Program-made: the position numbers and the translations under genes
Part shown: positions 39,226 to 48,267 of the stretch, piece after piece
Layout: the number at the start of each line of letters is the position of its first letter
How positions within the stretch are numbered: the first letter of the stretch is position 1
The notes under the pieces: model-generated
The model's input: the letters and a program-made list of their open reading frames with translations, nothing else
Databases searched by the model: none
What the model was told of the DNA's origin: nothing
Assembly (NCBI GenBank): GCA_965219995.1
Contig: CBDCOX010000002.1
Coordinates: 3,616,001 to 3,680,000, forward strand
Length of the DNA: 64,000 bases
Reading direction: 5' to 3'
Origin: Candidatus Latescibacterota bacterium
GTDB lineage: Bacteria; Latescibacterota; UBA2968; GCA-2709665

Positions 39226-40674
39226 TCAGATCCCAATCAGGTTGCCTACCGTCTGCCTGGCAAACTCCAGAACCCGCGAGGGAGCAATGCCGATACATAG
39301 TGTCGCCAGGAACGTGACCAGCAGGGCGGTTCGCGTGAGCGCGGGAAACGTCCCCATCGGCTTTTCGTCAGCGGGTTGTCTCATATACATGCTTACGACG
39401 ACGCCGAGATAGAAATACACCGAGACAAGGCTGTTCAGTACGCCGATGATGGTGAGGGAGACCAGCCCCGCGTCGATGGCCGCCCGGAATATGTAGAACT
39501 TTCCGAAGAAACCGGCAGTGGGCGGCAGCCCCGCCAGGGAGAGCATGAACAGCGTCATCGTCAGCCCGAGTGCCGGATGCTTGAAACCCAGACCCGCGTA
39601 ATCCGAAATGTCCAGGTTCTCTTCGCCTTTCCGCGCCACCAGAATCAGGACCGCAAAAGCCCCAACGTTCATAAACGTATAGGCGAGCAGATAAAACAGC
39701 GCCGCTGAGACACCATTTCCACTGCCCGCGGCGAGTGCAATCAGAACGTAACCGGCGTGGGCAATGCTGGACCAGGCCAACATGCGCTTAATACTGCGCT
39801 GCCCCAGCGCGCTCAGGTTGCCTACCGTCATCGTCAACGCGGCCAGGACCCAGAGTACCGCCGTCCACTCCGCCTTCAGCGGTTCCAGGGACACCATCAG
39901 TACACGCAGGAAAGCCACAAAGGCGGCTGCCTTGGGGCCCGCGGAGAGAAAGGCGGTAACCGCCGCGGGCGCGCCTTCGTAGACGTCGGGCGCCCACATG
40001 TGGAACGGCACTGCCGCCACTTTGAATGCGAAGCCCACAACCAGCAATACCATGCCGGCGTATAACATCAGGCCGCCGCCATCCACGCTCCTGGACAACA
40101 TCGCGCCGACCTGTTGCAGGTTAGTGGAACCGGTCGACCCGTAAATCAGGGCAATTCCATAAAGCAGAAACCCGGTCGCAAACGCGCCCAGCAGCAGATA
40201 TTTCAGGGAGGCTTCGTTGGATACGGAACGCGAACTGAGGAATCCGACCAGGATATAGAGAGACAGGGACATCAGTTCCAGACCCAGGAAGATGACGATA
40301 AGATCCGTCCCCGCGGCCATGAGCATCATGCCCAGGGTGGCCGTCAGCAGCAGCAGATAATATTCGCTGCGGCTGCCTTGTTCCCGCCTCAGATAACCCG
40401 TGGAAACAAAAATGGTCAGCGTCGTGCCGACCGCAAATATAATGTTGGAAAAGAGCGCGAAATTGTCCAGCACGAGCATGCCGCCAAAAGCCTGCTCGGA
40501 CCGCCCCCAGAGTACCGCGCTCGCGGCCGCCGCCAGGCCCGTTCCGACAATGGCAGCGTATGCCGCGCCCAACCCCCGATTCGCCGGCCGGACGATGTCG
40601 ATGCACAGGATCAACAACGCGCTGGCCGCCACGATCAGCGAGGGAACGAGCACGATCCAGTTCAGGTCAGGCAA
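39226..40674 (-). CDS. nuoN: NADH-quinone oxidoreductase subunit N
   Basis: EYYLLLL, GLELMSL, EASLKY, FKVAAVPFHMWAPDVYEGAP, KRMLAWSSIAH, SLAGLPPTAGF. Confidence 0.96.
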   Translation of the reverse strand: MPDLNWIVLVPSLIVAASALLILCIDIVRPANRGLGAAYAAIVGTGLAAAASAVLWGRSEQAFGGMLVLDNFALFSNIIFAVGTTLTIFVSTGYLRREQGSRSEYYLLLLTATLGMMLMAAGTDLIVIFLGLELMSLSLYILVGFLSSRSVSNEASLKYLLLGAFATGFLLYGIALIYGSTGSTNLQQVGAMLSRSVDGGGLMLYAGMVLLVVGFAFKVAAVPFHMWAPDVYEGAPAAVTAFLSAGPKAAAFVAFLRVLMVSLEPLKAEWTAVLWVLAALTMTVGNLSALGQRSIKRMLAWSSIAHAGYVLIALAAGSGNGVSAALFYLLAYTFMNVGAFAVLILVARKGEENLDISDYAGLGFKHPALGLTMTLFMLSLAGLPPTAGFFGKFYIFRAAIDAGLVSLTIIGVLNSLVSVYFYLGVVVSMYMRQPADEKPMGTFPALTRTALLVTFLATLCIGIAPSRVLEFARQTVGNLIGI

Positions 40675-40863
40675 CGCAGAAGTCCTCGGTGATAATTATT
40701 AGCAGCATTAATTAACGGGGATGCGATAAAAAAGTCAAGCCTAAAGTTTCAATTTGGCGCGCACGCGGAAAATTACCGAAAAACACATCTGGTCTGCATA
40801 GCGAAAAATAAATACAATTAAATGTTTTTATTATACTTAAATATCACCATTTGTTCCCGGATT
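40675..40863 (-). promoter_or_regulatory. AT-rich spacer with probable internal promoter before nuoN
   Basis: Markedly AT-rich relative to flanks; TTGACT (40733-40738) followed after 17 bp by TTAATTAAT on the minus strand. Confidence 0.45.
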
Positions 40864-42552
40864 TCAGAAGCAGTAGATCAGGAACGCGGCCAGAAAGATC
40901 GTTACGACCAATACGGCGGTGCCCGTAGTCCAGGTCCGGCTCAGAATGCCCTGGGGGCCGTGGGTTTGCCGGCATCCGGATATCGCCGCCGCGACCAGCG
41001 CCTTTCCTCCCCGCAGGATCGGATTTCCCGCGGAACCGCCCGCCCGCGCAACAATCCGTACGATGCCGGGAAGCAGTCGCCGGTACGCCCAGTCGGCGTC
41101 CAGGTTTATCGACCGGAGTACGGACGGATAAATCGCGGTCCGTTTCAATAAGACGAACGCCAGAGCGGAGAAGGACAACAGCTGACACTGGACAATCACG
41201 TGGTCCAACGTATAGGGTTCGAAATCCACGGCATGAGGCAGAATATCGTACAGTGGTTTCGGTACAATGCCGATCAGAACGCACATGGCCGCAGCTGCGC
41301 CCATGGCGACGAGCATGTTCAGCGGCGCCTCCCTGCATCGGATCCCCGAATCACGCGAGAAGAATGCCAGGTAGGGGACTCTGATGCCTATATAAATCAA
41401 CGCGCCGGCCGACGCGAACACCAGGACCGACCAGGTCAGGACATAGTGACCGTTGGCTGCCGACCAGACGATAAACGACTTACTGACGAAGCCGCTGAAG
41501 AATGGAAAGGCCGAAATCGACGCGGCGCCAACGATGCAGAACACCGCAGTCAGCGGCATGGATCTGTACAGCCCGCCCAGTTCCGACGCTTTCGCGGTGC
41601 CCGTCCGGTAGAGCACGGCGCCCATCGACATAAACAACAGGGCTTTGTAAAGGACGTGCGTGAACGCGTGGGCGGCCGTACCGTTCAGGGACGTCTCCGT
41701 TCCGATCCCGATCCCGACCACCATAAATCCGAGCTGGATATTCAGGCTGTAGGACAGCACCCGCCTGAGGTCGTTTTCAATGACCGCGTAGAACATCGGA
41801 AACGCGGCCATCGCGGCGCCGATCGGGATCAGGATCTCAGTGCCGGGAAAGCCCCGGGCAAGCGCATAGACCGCCAGCTTGGTTGTGAACGCGCTCAGAA
41901 ACACGGTCCCGGTCACCGTTGCCTCCGGATAGGCGTCCGGCAGCCAGCTGTGGAGCAGGGGAAAGGCGCATTTGATTCCGATAGCGATCAGGATCAGCGT
42001 CGTGCCCGGACCGTTCAGCCCCAGCCCGGTAAACGCGATCGACCCAGTCTCGCGCAGGTGGAGCAGAATGCCGGCGAGCAGAATCATACCCGAACAGATC
42101 TGAACGATGAGGTAACGCATCCCGGCGGCGTAGGCCCGGTCGGTACGGCGGCTCCAGATCAGGAATACGGAGGAAATCGCCGTCAGTTCCCAACAGACGA
42201 AAAGGGTAATGAGATCGCCTGCGAAGAGGGCGCCGATGGCGCTGCCCGCATAGAACAGGCCTGCAACGTGCTGCGTGTTGTCCTTGACATGGAGCGCATA
42301 GACGACGCTCAACAGGGCGGCGATATGGAACACATAGCCGAAGGCCAGGCTGAGCCCGTCGATCCGGACCAGCGTCAGAGTGTAGTCGAAGATCCGGATC
42401 TGTCCGTATTCGCCCGGGGAGAATCCAAGCAGGTGGGCAAGCCCTGCAACCGGCAGCAGGAGCATATAGGCCGACTGTAATCGCCCCCTCAGGAGCGGTA
42501 TCAGCAACGACCCGATCATCAGGATCAGTGCCGGCGGAAACTGATCAATCAT
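40864..42552 (-). CDS. mrpD: Mrp Na+/H+ antiporter subunit D-like (MrpA/D antiporter module)
   Basis: WELTAISS, GIKCAFPLLHSWLPDAYPEAT, LSAFTTK, NDLRRVLSYS, HVLYKALLF; start MIDQFPP. Confidence 0.88.
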   Translation of the reverse strand: MIDQFPPALILMIGSLLIPLLRGRLQSAYMLLLPVAGLAHLLGFSPGEYGQIRIFDYTLTLVRIDGLSLAFGYVFHIAALLSVVYALHVKDNTQHVAGLFYAGSAIGALFAGDLITLFVCWELTAISSVFLIWSRRTDRAYAAGMRYLIVQICSGMILLAGILLHLRETGSIAFTGLGLNGPGTTLILIAIGIKCAFPLLHSWLPDAYPEATVTGTVFLSAFTTKLAVYALARGFPGTEILIPIGAAMAAFPMFYAVIENDLRRVLSYSLNIQLGFMVVGIGIGTETSLNGTAAHAFTHVLYKALLFMSMGAVLYRTGTAKASELGGLYRSMPLTAVFCIVGAASISAFPFFSGFVSKSFIVWSAANGHYVLTWSVLVFASAGALIYIGIRVPYLAFFSRDSGIRCREAPLNMLVAMGAAAAMCVLIGIVPKPLYDILPHAVDFEPYTLDHVIVQCQLLSFSALAFVLLKRTAIYPSVLRSINLDADWAYRRLLPGIVRIVARAGGSAGNPILRGGKALVAAAISGCRQTHGPQGILSRTWTTGTAVLVVTIFLAAFLIYCF

Positions 42553-42790
42553 AGTAGTCTTCCTTGCGTCCCAGAACCACGCGCAGCCCCCTGGCTGCCA
42601 GCACAAGCACGACGGCGGCCGCAAACCCATATAACGCATGAAAGCCGAACCATTGCTCGGCTGATATATGGGTATGTTTGTGAATGAAAACATCCGCCAG
42701 CAGCAGCAGGACGCAGACCGCATAGAGAATCCGGAGTGGCTTCTTTACGATTCCGGCTCCTTCATGCCTGTTTTTCGATCTTTCTTCCAT
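42545..42790 (-). CDS. Small two-TM protein of Mrp clusters
   Basis: WFGFHALYGF...LGRKEDYYD; overlaps the next gene. Confidence 0.72.
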   Translation of the reverse strand: MEERSKNRHEGAGIVKKPLRILYAVCVLLLLADVFIHKHTHISAEQWFGFHALYGFAAAVVLVLAARGLRVVLGRKEDYYD

Positions 42791-42802
42791 AGGCTTCGTC
42801 CG

Positions 42803-44269
42803 TCAAGGTTGTGCAATCGGCGAGAGCAACCGGTAGATTTCATCGGCGCCGAAGAACAGCGCGAGACATCCGAGGGCCGTCAGACAAAGCGGAACCACGC
42901 AGAACACGGGGGCCTCCCGTATGGGGGCCGGGCCAGCGGTCCCGGATGCGGGCGCCGAGAAAAACGCGCGTGCGACGATCGGCATCAGATACGCGACGTT
43001 CAAAAGCGAACTGACGATCAATACGACCACGAAAATAACCTGGCCCGCATCTGCCGCGCCCAGCGCCAGGTACCACTTGCTCCAGGAACCTCCAAGCGGA
43101 GGAAGGCCGATTACGCTCAGCGATCCCACGAAAAAGGCGAACATGGTAACCGGCATTGTCTTCCCGATGCCGGCCATATCGCTGATCTCCGTCTTGTGCG
43201 CGGCCACCATGATGGCGCCGGCACAGAAAAACAGCGTGATCTTCCCGAATGCGTGCATCGCAATATGCATGGAGCCGCCGATAATCCCCCAGTTGTTGGC
43301 CAGGGCTGCGCCCAGTACAACGTAGGACAACTGGCTGACCGTGGAATAGGCGAGACGCGCCTTGAGATTGTCTTTGGTCAGCGCAACCAGGGATGCAATC
43401 AGCAACGTTGCGGCGGCCACACCGGCCAGCCACAGGCTCGTGCCGGTGTTCGCGAGCAGGTCGATGCCGAAGATGTAGACCACAACCTTCATTACGGTGA
43501 ACACACCCGCTTTGACGACGGCCACCGCGTGCAGCAGGGCGCTCACGGGCGTTGGCGCCACCATCGCCGCCGGCAGCCATCGGTGGAACGGCATCAGCGC
43601 GGCCTTGCCGGTTCCGAACGCATAGAGCGCCAGCAGCATGCCCACCACGCCCGGACTCGCTTTTCCCGCAAGGATTCCACCGGGTTCGAATTCCAGGGTG
43701 CCCGTCAGGTTCCAGGTCCACACGACCGCCAGGAGCATCAACCCCACCGACGTGCCCAGCAGGATGCCCATGTAGATCCTTCCGGACCGCAGCGCCTCCT
43801 CCGTGCGATGGTGGGTGACCAGCGGATAGGTCGAAAGGGTCAGAATCTCGTAGAAGATGAACAGGGTGAACATATTGCGGGCAAACGCAACGCCCAGGGC
43901 ACCCGCGATGGCCACCGAGAAGAAGACGTAAAACCGGGTCTGGTGCGTTTCGTGATGCCCGCGCATGTACCCGATGGAGTACAGAGACGTCACGATCCAG
44001 AGCCCCGAGGCGATCAAACCGAAGAGCATGCCCAGGGGTTCCACTTCAAAAGCCAGCGCCAGGCCCGGCAGTACCTCGAGAATCTGTATGCCCGGCCTCG
44101 CTCCGGAGATGACTTCAGGGACCAGGGAGAGTACCACGAAAAACAGCACGCCGCCGGTTGCCAGCGTGGCCGCCTCACGGAGATTGGGCCACTTTCCGAG
44201 AAGACCGATCAGCGGGGCCCCGAGAAGGGGCAGCAGAACGGCAATCAGCGTGGCGTCGGAAGCGGTCAT
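42803..44269 (-). CDS. mrpD: Monovalent cation/H+ antiporter subunit D family
   Basis: FYEILTLSTYPLVTH, KAALMPFHRWLPAAMVAPTPVSALLHAVAVVKAG, DNLKARLAYST. Confidence 0.9.
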   Translation of the reverse strand: MTASDATLIAVLLPLLGAPLIGLLGKWPNLREAATLATGGVLFFVVLSLVPEVISGARPGIQILEVLPGLALAFEVEPLGMLFGLIASGLWIVTSLYSIGYMRGHHETHQTRFYVFFSVAIAGALGVAFARNMFTLFIFYEILTLSTYPLVTHHRTEEALRSGRIYMGILLGTSVGLMLLAVVWTWNLTGTLEFEPGGILAGKASPGVVGMLLALYAFGTGKAALMPFHRWLPAAMVAPTPVSALLHAVAVVKAGVFTVMKVVVYIFGIDLLANTGTSLWLAGVAAATLLIASLVALTKDNLKARLAYSTVSQLSYVVLGAALANNWGIIGGSMHIAMHAFGKITLFFCAGAIMVAAHKTEISDMAGIGKTMPVTMFAFFVGSLSVIGLPPLGGSWSKWYLALGAADAGQVIFVVVLIVSSLLNVAYLMPIVARAFFSAPASGTAGPAPIREAPVFCVVPLCLTALGCLALFFGADEIYRLLSPIAQP

Positions 44270-45783
44270 GGCGCGACTCCCAGCAGCCAGCCGGCGGCCC
44301 GGCGGGCAACGCCCGCGGTGAGGGACGTCGAAACCCCGAAGTACAGCGTGGCCGCAATCAGAATCCACATCGGGACGTGCATCAGCAGCGGCGCCTCGTT
44401 AACCCCTGAGGGCTCCGCGGGTTTGCGGAAGTAGGCGACTTCAACCACCCGCCAAACATAGACCACCGCCAGAAGTGAGCCCAGCAGGACCAGAACCGCG
44501 ACCGGCCACCAGCCTCTTTCCAGGGCCGCCAGAACCAGGTACCACTTGCTGATGAAGCCTACCGTGAGCGGGACGCCGATCAGGCTCAGGCCGCCGAGCA
44601 CGAGAGCGGCAGCCGTGACCGGCATGCGGCGCCCGAGACCATGCAAATCGTCAAGATTCACCGAGCCCGCACGGAGGGCGATACAACCCATGCACAGGAA
44701 CAGCGCGCCCTTCGTCACGGCGTGATTGAACACGTGGACGACACCCGCGGTGAGACCACTCAACGATCCCGGTCCGAACCGGACGTCCGGCGCGGCGCCG
44801 CTCACCGACACAAAGGCGACTCCGAGCATAATATAACCGATCTGGGCAACGCTGGAATATGCGAGCATGCGTTTGACGTTCGTCTGGAAAATGGCAACCG
44901 CCGAGGCCGCGAAAACGGCCAGTAGCGAAAGGGGCAACAGCACCACCTGCAATCCGACCGTATCGAATGCGAATCGGGGTCCGAAAACCGTGAAGACGAA
45001 CCGCAGGAGGACATAGATGGAGACCTTGGTCGCCGTTGCCGCGAGGAAGGCCGTTACCAGGGACGGCGCATAACAATACGCGTTGGGCAGCCACATGTGC
45101 AGGGGAAACAGCGCCAGTTTCAAACACAGGCCGACGCCGAGGAACGCGAACGCGGCCAGAACGGTCCTGCTGCCGGCGACCGGATTCAGACGCACGGCGA
45201 GGTCCGCCATGTTCAGGGTCCCCGTGGCCATATAGAGGAGCCCCACGCCAATGAGAATGAACGTCGCCCCGACGGTACCCATAATCAGGTACTGGTATGA
45301 AGCCGTCAGGGCGCGGCGGTCTTCTCCCAGGCTGATCAGCGCGTAGGTTGAAAGGGAGGAAATTTCGAGAAAGACAAACAGGTTGAACGCGTCTCCCGTA
45401 ACGGCCATTCCGAGGAACCCGGTCAGGCAGAGGAGATACGCCGCGTAGAACAGGTAGTGGCGGTCGTGCGGGATCTCACGGGCCGCGCTGGGTGGCGCGT
45501 ACAGGAGCACGACCGCGCCGATGAAGGCCACCAGGAGCAGGACGAACGCGTTGACGGGATCGATCCGGTACTCGATTCCCCATGGAGCGCTCCAGCTCCC
45601 GAGCGCGTAGGAGATGGTACCGGCATCCAGTACCCGTATCAGCAGCAGCGCCGTCATCCCCAGCACGGCCCACGCGACGGCCGTGGCGAATGCCCAGGCC
45701 AGCATCCTTCTCCGAAGCAGGAGGCAGACCGGCGCGGCAATGAGGGGAACCACGATTTGGAGAATGGGCAGGTGGACGGCCAT
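44266..45783 (-). CDS. mrpD: Monovalent cation/H+ antiporter subunit D family
   Basis: W.APWGIE, TGDAFNLFVFLEI, LKLALFPLHMWLPNAY, KRMLAYSS, GFISKW. Confidence 0.92.
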   Translation of the reverse strand: MAVHLPILQIVVPLIAAPVCLLLRRRMLAWAFATAVAWAVLGMTALLLIRVLDAGTISYALGSWSAPWGIEYRIDPVNAFVLLLVAFIGAVVLLYAPPSAAREIPHDRHYLFYAAYLLCLTGFLGMAVTGDAFNLFVFLEISSLSTYALISLGEDRRALTASYQYLIMGTVGATFILIGVGLLYMATGTLNMADLAVRLNPVAGSRTVLAAFAFLGVGLCLKLALFPLHMWLPNAYCYAPSLVTAFLAATATKVSIYVLLRFVFTVFGPRFAFDTVGLQVVLLPLSLLAVFAASAVAIFQTNVKRMLAYSSVAQIGYIMLGVAFVSVSGAAPDVRFGPGSLSGLTAGVVHVFNHAVTKGALFLCMGCIALRAGSVNLDDLHGLGRRMPVTAAALVLGGLSLIGVPLTVGFISKWYLVLAALERGWWPVAVLVLLGSLLAVVYVWRVVEVAYFRKPAEPSGVNEAPLLMHVPMWILIAATLYFGVSTSLTAGVARRAAGWLLGVAP

Positions 45784-46142
45784 CAGGGCGTCTCCTCGCC
45801 CCGACCGTAGATTTCCTCTTCTTCGATTGTGCCGAATGCTTCCCGGATCCTCACGACGAGCGCCAGCCCGAGAGATGTCGTGGCGATGCCGACGACGATC
45901 GCCGTCAGAATAAGAACATGCGGCAGCGGGTTGGAATAGCTCCGCACGCCCTCCGCGACAATCGGCGCGCTTCCTCCGGAGACTTTGCCCATACTGATGT
46001 AGAACAGGAAGACCGACGTCTGAAAGATGTTCAGGCCGATCAGCTTCTTGATCAGGTTGCCGCTGGCGATCACCGCGTAGAACCCGATCATCATCAGGAC
46101 AACGACAATCCAATAGTTATATAAGCCCGGGAATTCCGTCAT
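45783..46142 (-). CDS. mrpC: Mrp antiporter subunit C
   Basis: NLIKKLIGL, NPLPHVLILTAIVVG. Confidence 0.94.
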   Translation of the reverse strand: MTEFPGLYNYWIVVVLMMIGFYAVIASGNLIKKLIGLNIFQTSVFLFYISMGKVSGGSAPIVAEGVRSYSNPLPHVLILTAIVVGIATTSLGLALVVRIREAFGTIEEEEIYGRGEETP

Positions 46143-46558
46143 GCGCGATTCCTGCCGACAAAGGCGAAGAAGACTCCGATAATCACCGAAGCCACGGTGA
46201 CTCCCACACCCAGTTCGATCAGGAGAATGCCAAGATGCTGACCGGCCACGGGATCCGCGCCAAGCACGCCGTAGTCCAGGTAGCGGCCGCCTCTCATCAT
46301 CCCCGCGACCCCGGTGCAGGCATACAGGAGAAGTCCGAGGGCGATCACGACTTCCACGACAGCGGGCCTGGCCACCCGCTTCGCCTCATCCAGGCCGAAT
46401 ATCAGCGTATAGAGAACAAAGCCCGCGGCGAAGATCACGCCGGCCTGGAACCCGCCTCCCGGCCCGAAATCGCCGTGAAACTGAACGTAGAGCGCAAACA
46501 GCAGGATCAGCGGGATGAACAGTTTGGCGATAACCCGCGGGATGATCTGATTCTTCAC
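46139..46558 (-). CDS. mrpB: Mrp antiporter subunit B (MnhB)
   Basis: HGDFGPGGGFQAG, ELGVG.TV. Confidence 0.92.
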   Translation of the reverse strand: MKNQIIPRVIAKLFIPLILLFALYVQFHGDFGPGGGFQAGVIFAAGFVLYTLIFGLDEAKRVARPAVVEVVIALGLLLYACTGVAGMMRGGRYLDYGVLGADPVAGQHLGILLIELGVGVTVASVIIGVFFAFVGRNRA

Positions 46559-47124
46559 CGTCCGTCCTCCGGGTCGCGTCCCGGCCGGGATCCCTTCAAC
46601 AACAGCAGCACCGCCACGCCCGCGGCAAAGATCACGGTGGTCTCGCCAAGCGTATCGTATCCTCTGTAGCTGGCAAGCACGGACGTCACGATATTCTCAA
46701 CGTCGACGCGCGCCGCCGAACCGCCCGCGTGCGGTACGGAATCCTTGAGGTATTCGGGCGCGACGTGGGTATGAACCGGCGCTTCCGGGTCGCCGAACCG
46801 CGGCATGTCCAGGGTGCCGTAAATCAGGACCGCACCCGTCGCCAGGACCGCCAGCAGGGGCAGCGGAGACGGTCGTGACGATTTGGCTTCCTCCCGGGTT
46901 GTCAGCGCAAGGGTCCCGATCAGCAGCACGGTCGAGATGCCCGCGCCCACGGCGGCCTCGGTAAATGCCACGTCAACCGCGTCCATCACGGTAAACAGCC
47001 CGGCGGAAAGCAGGCTGAATATCCCGGCCAGAATCACGGCGGCGAGGAGGTTCCGGGTGAGGACGACGGCGACGGCAGTGGCGACCAGGAGCGCCAGCAG
47101 GACAACGTCAATGAATTCGATCAT
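46555..47124 (-). CDS. DUF4040-domain Mrp subunit (split MrpA C-terminal part)
   Basis: AVDVAFTEAAVGAG, NIVTSVLASYRGYDTLGE; start MIEFID. Confidence 0.88.
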   Translation of the reverse strand: MIEFIDVVLLALLVATAVAVVLTRNLLAAVILAGIFSLLSAGLFTVMDAVDVAFTEAAVGAGISTVLLIGTLALTTREEAKSSRPSPLPLLAVLATGAVLIYGTLDMPRFGDPEAPVHTHVAPEYLKDSVPHAGGSAARVDVENIVTSVLASYRGYDTLGETTVIFAAGVAVLLLLKGSRPGRDPEDGR

Positions 47125-47438
47125 GGTCGCTGGTTGTCCTCCGGAAGCAGAGGCTTCAATCCGGAGGTGAAGGCGGCCTTTGCGACCGCGTGGGTGGATG
47201 CCGGGCTGGTCAGAAAGAGAAGCAGGAGGATCAGAAACAGCTTGACGGTTGCCATGCTGAACCCGCCCTGTAACATCAGCCCCACAAGCACAAGTCCGGC
47301 GCCAAACGTATCGGTGATTCCGGCGGCGTGCATCCGACTGTAAACGTTGGGAAGTCTGATCAGCCCGATGCCGCCCACGATACAGAATAACGATCCCAGC
47401 AGCAGACAGGCCCAACTTGCGACGTCGTGAACCGTCAT
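47121..47438 (-). CDS. mrpG: Mrp antiporter subunit G
   Basis: GLIRLPNVYSRMHAA, TSPASTHAVAKAA; start MTVHDV. Confidence 0.92.
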   Translation of the reverse strand: MTVHDVASWACLLLGSLFCIVGGIGLIRLPNVYSRMHAAGITDTFGAGLVLVGLMLQGGFSMATVKLFLILLLLFLTSPASTHAVAKAAFTSGLKPLLPEDNQRP

Positions 47439-47722
47439 TTGGAAGTTTCTCCGCTCTCGCCGTCCGCCGACCCGAAATTGCCGTACTGAACGTACTTGAG
47501 CACGGCGAACGTCCCGATGAAGTTCAACAGGACGTAGATCAGCGCCAGATCGAGAAAATCCGGCCGTCCCGTCAAAAAACCCAGCACCGCAATCAGGAGT
47601 ATCATCTTGGTGCCGAACATATTTGCGGCCAGGACGCGGTCGTAAACCGTTGGACCCGCGATCGCTCGAATCAGCGCCAGAACCATCGTTATAAGGACTG
47701 CCGCCATCGCCGCCGCAAACAT
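47435..47722 (-). CDS. mrpF: Mrp antiporter subunit F
   Basis: RAIAGPTVYDRVLA, LDLALIY.LLNFIGT. Confidence 0.93.
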   Translation of the reverse strand: MFAAAMAAVLITMVLALIRAIAGPTVYDRVLAANMFGTKMILLIAVLGFLTGRPDFLDLALIYVLLNFIGTFAVLKYVQYGNFGSADGESGETSK

Positions 47723-48207
47723 CAGGAGGTTCCCTCCATTGCCGTGACTCGGCGATCCATCTCGCCGTCCAGAAGTTCCTCGGCGCTTTCACGCGAAAGC
47801 GCGTGAACAAGAATCGTGTCGTCTTCCACGTCCACCGAAACCGTCCCGGGCGTCAATGTGATGGAATTGGCGTAAATGACCCTGCCCAGGGCATGTTTCT
47901 GGCTTGCCTTGGTTTTGACCAGCGTGGGGCTGATGGGCATTCCCGGAGTCAGTATTCGCAGAGCCACGTCGATATTTGACCGGACAACAACAAACAGAAG
48001 CCACGGAACGTATCCGAGTGCGCGAGCCGCAAGGTGAATGGGATGTCCCTCGGAATCGGCGATACCCATCCGCCGGACGATGGCGGCCACCGCGAGGCAG
48101 GACACGACTCCGAGCGCGAGTATCAGCGTGCGGTCGATGGAATAGTGCCCCGACCAGAGCAGCCATACGCCGAACAACACAACGACCAGACTCAGCAGAA
48201 TTCTCAA
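47722..48207 (-). CDS. mrpE: Mrp antiporter subunit E
   Basis: SNIDVA, ANSITLTPGT, ILVHAL; TTG start after GGAGGG. Confidence 0.92.
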   Translation of the reverse strand: MRILLSLVVVLFGVWLLWSGHYSIDRTLILALGVVSCLAVAAIVRRMGIADSEGHPIHLAARALGYVPWLLFVVVRSNIDVALRILTPGMPISPTLVKTKASQKHALGRVIYANSITLTPGTVSVDVEDDTILVHALSRESAEELLDGEMDRRVTAMEGTS

Positions 48208-48267
48208 ATCCCGTTCCCTCCGCGCCGGGCCGTACAACCGCCCCACGCGTCTGTTGTCCGGTTCAGT

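Noticed and set aside
46555-47810. Extended ORFs of 286 aa and 229 aa in the Mrp cluster
   Set aside because: The upstream extensions overlap neighbouring genes; true starts are 47124 and 47438.
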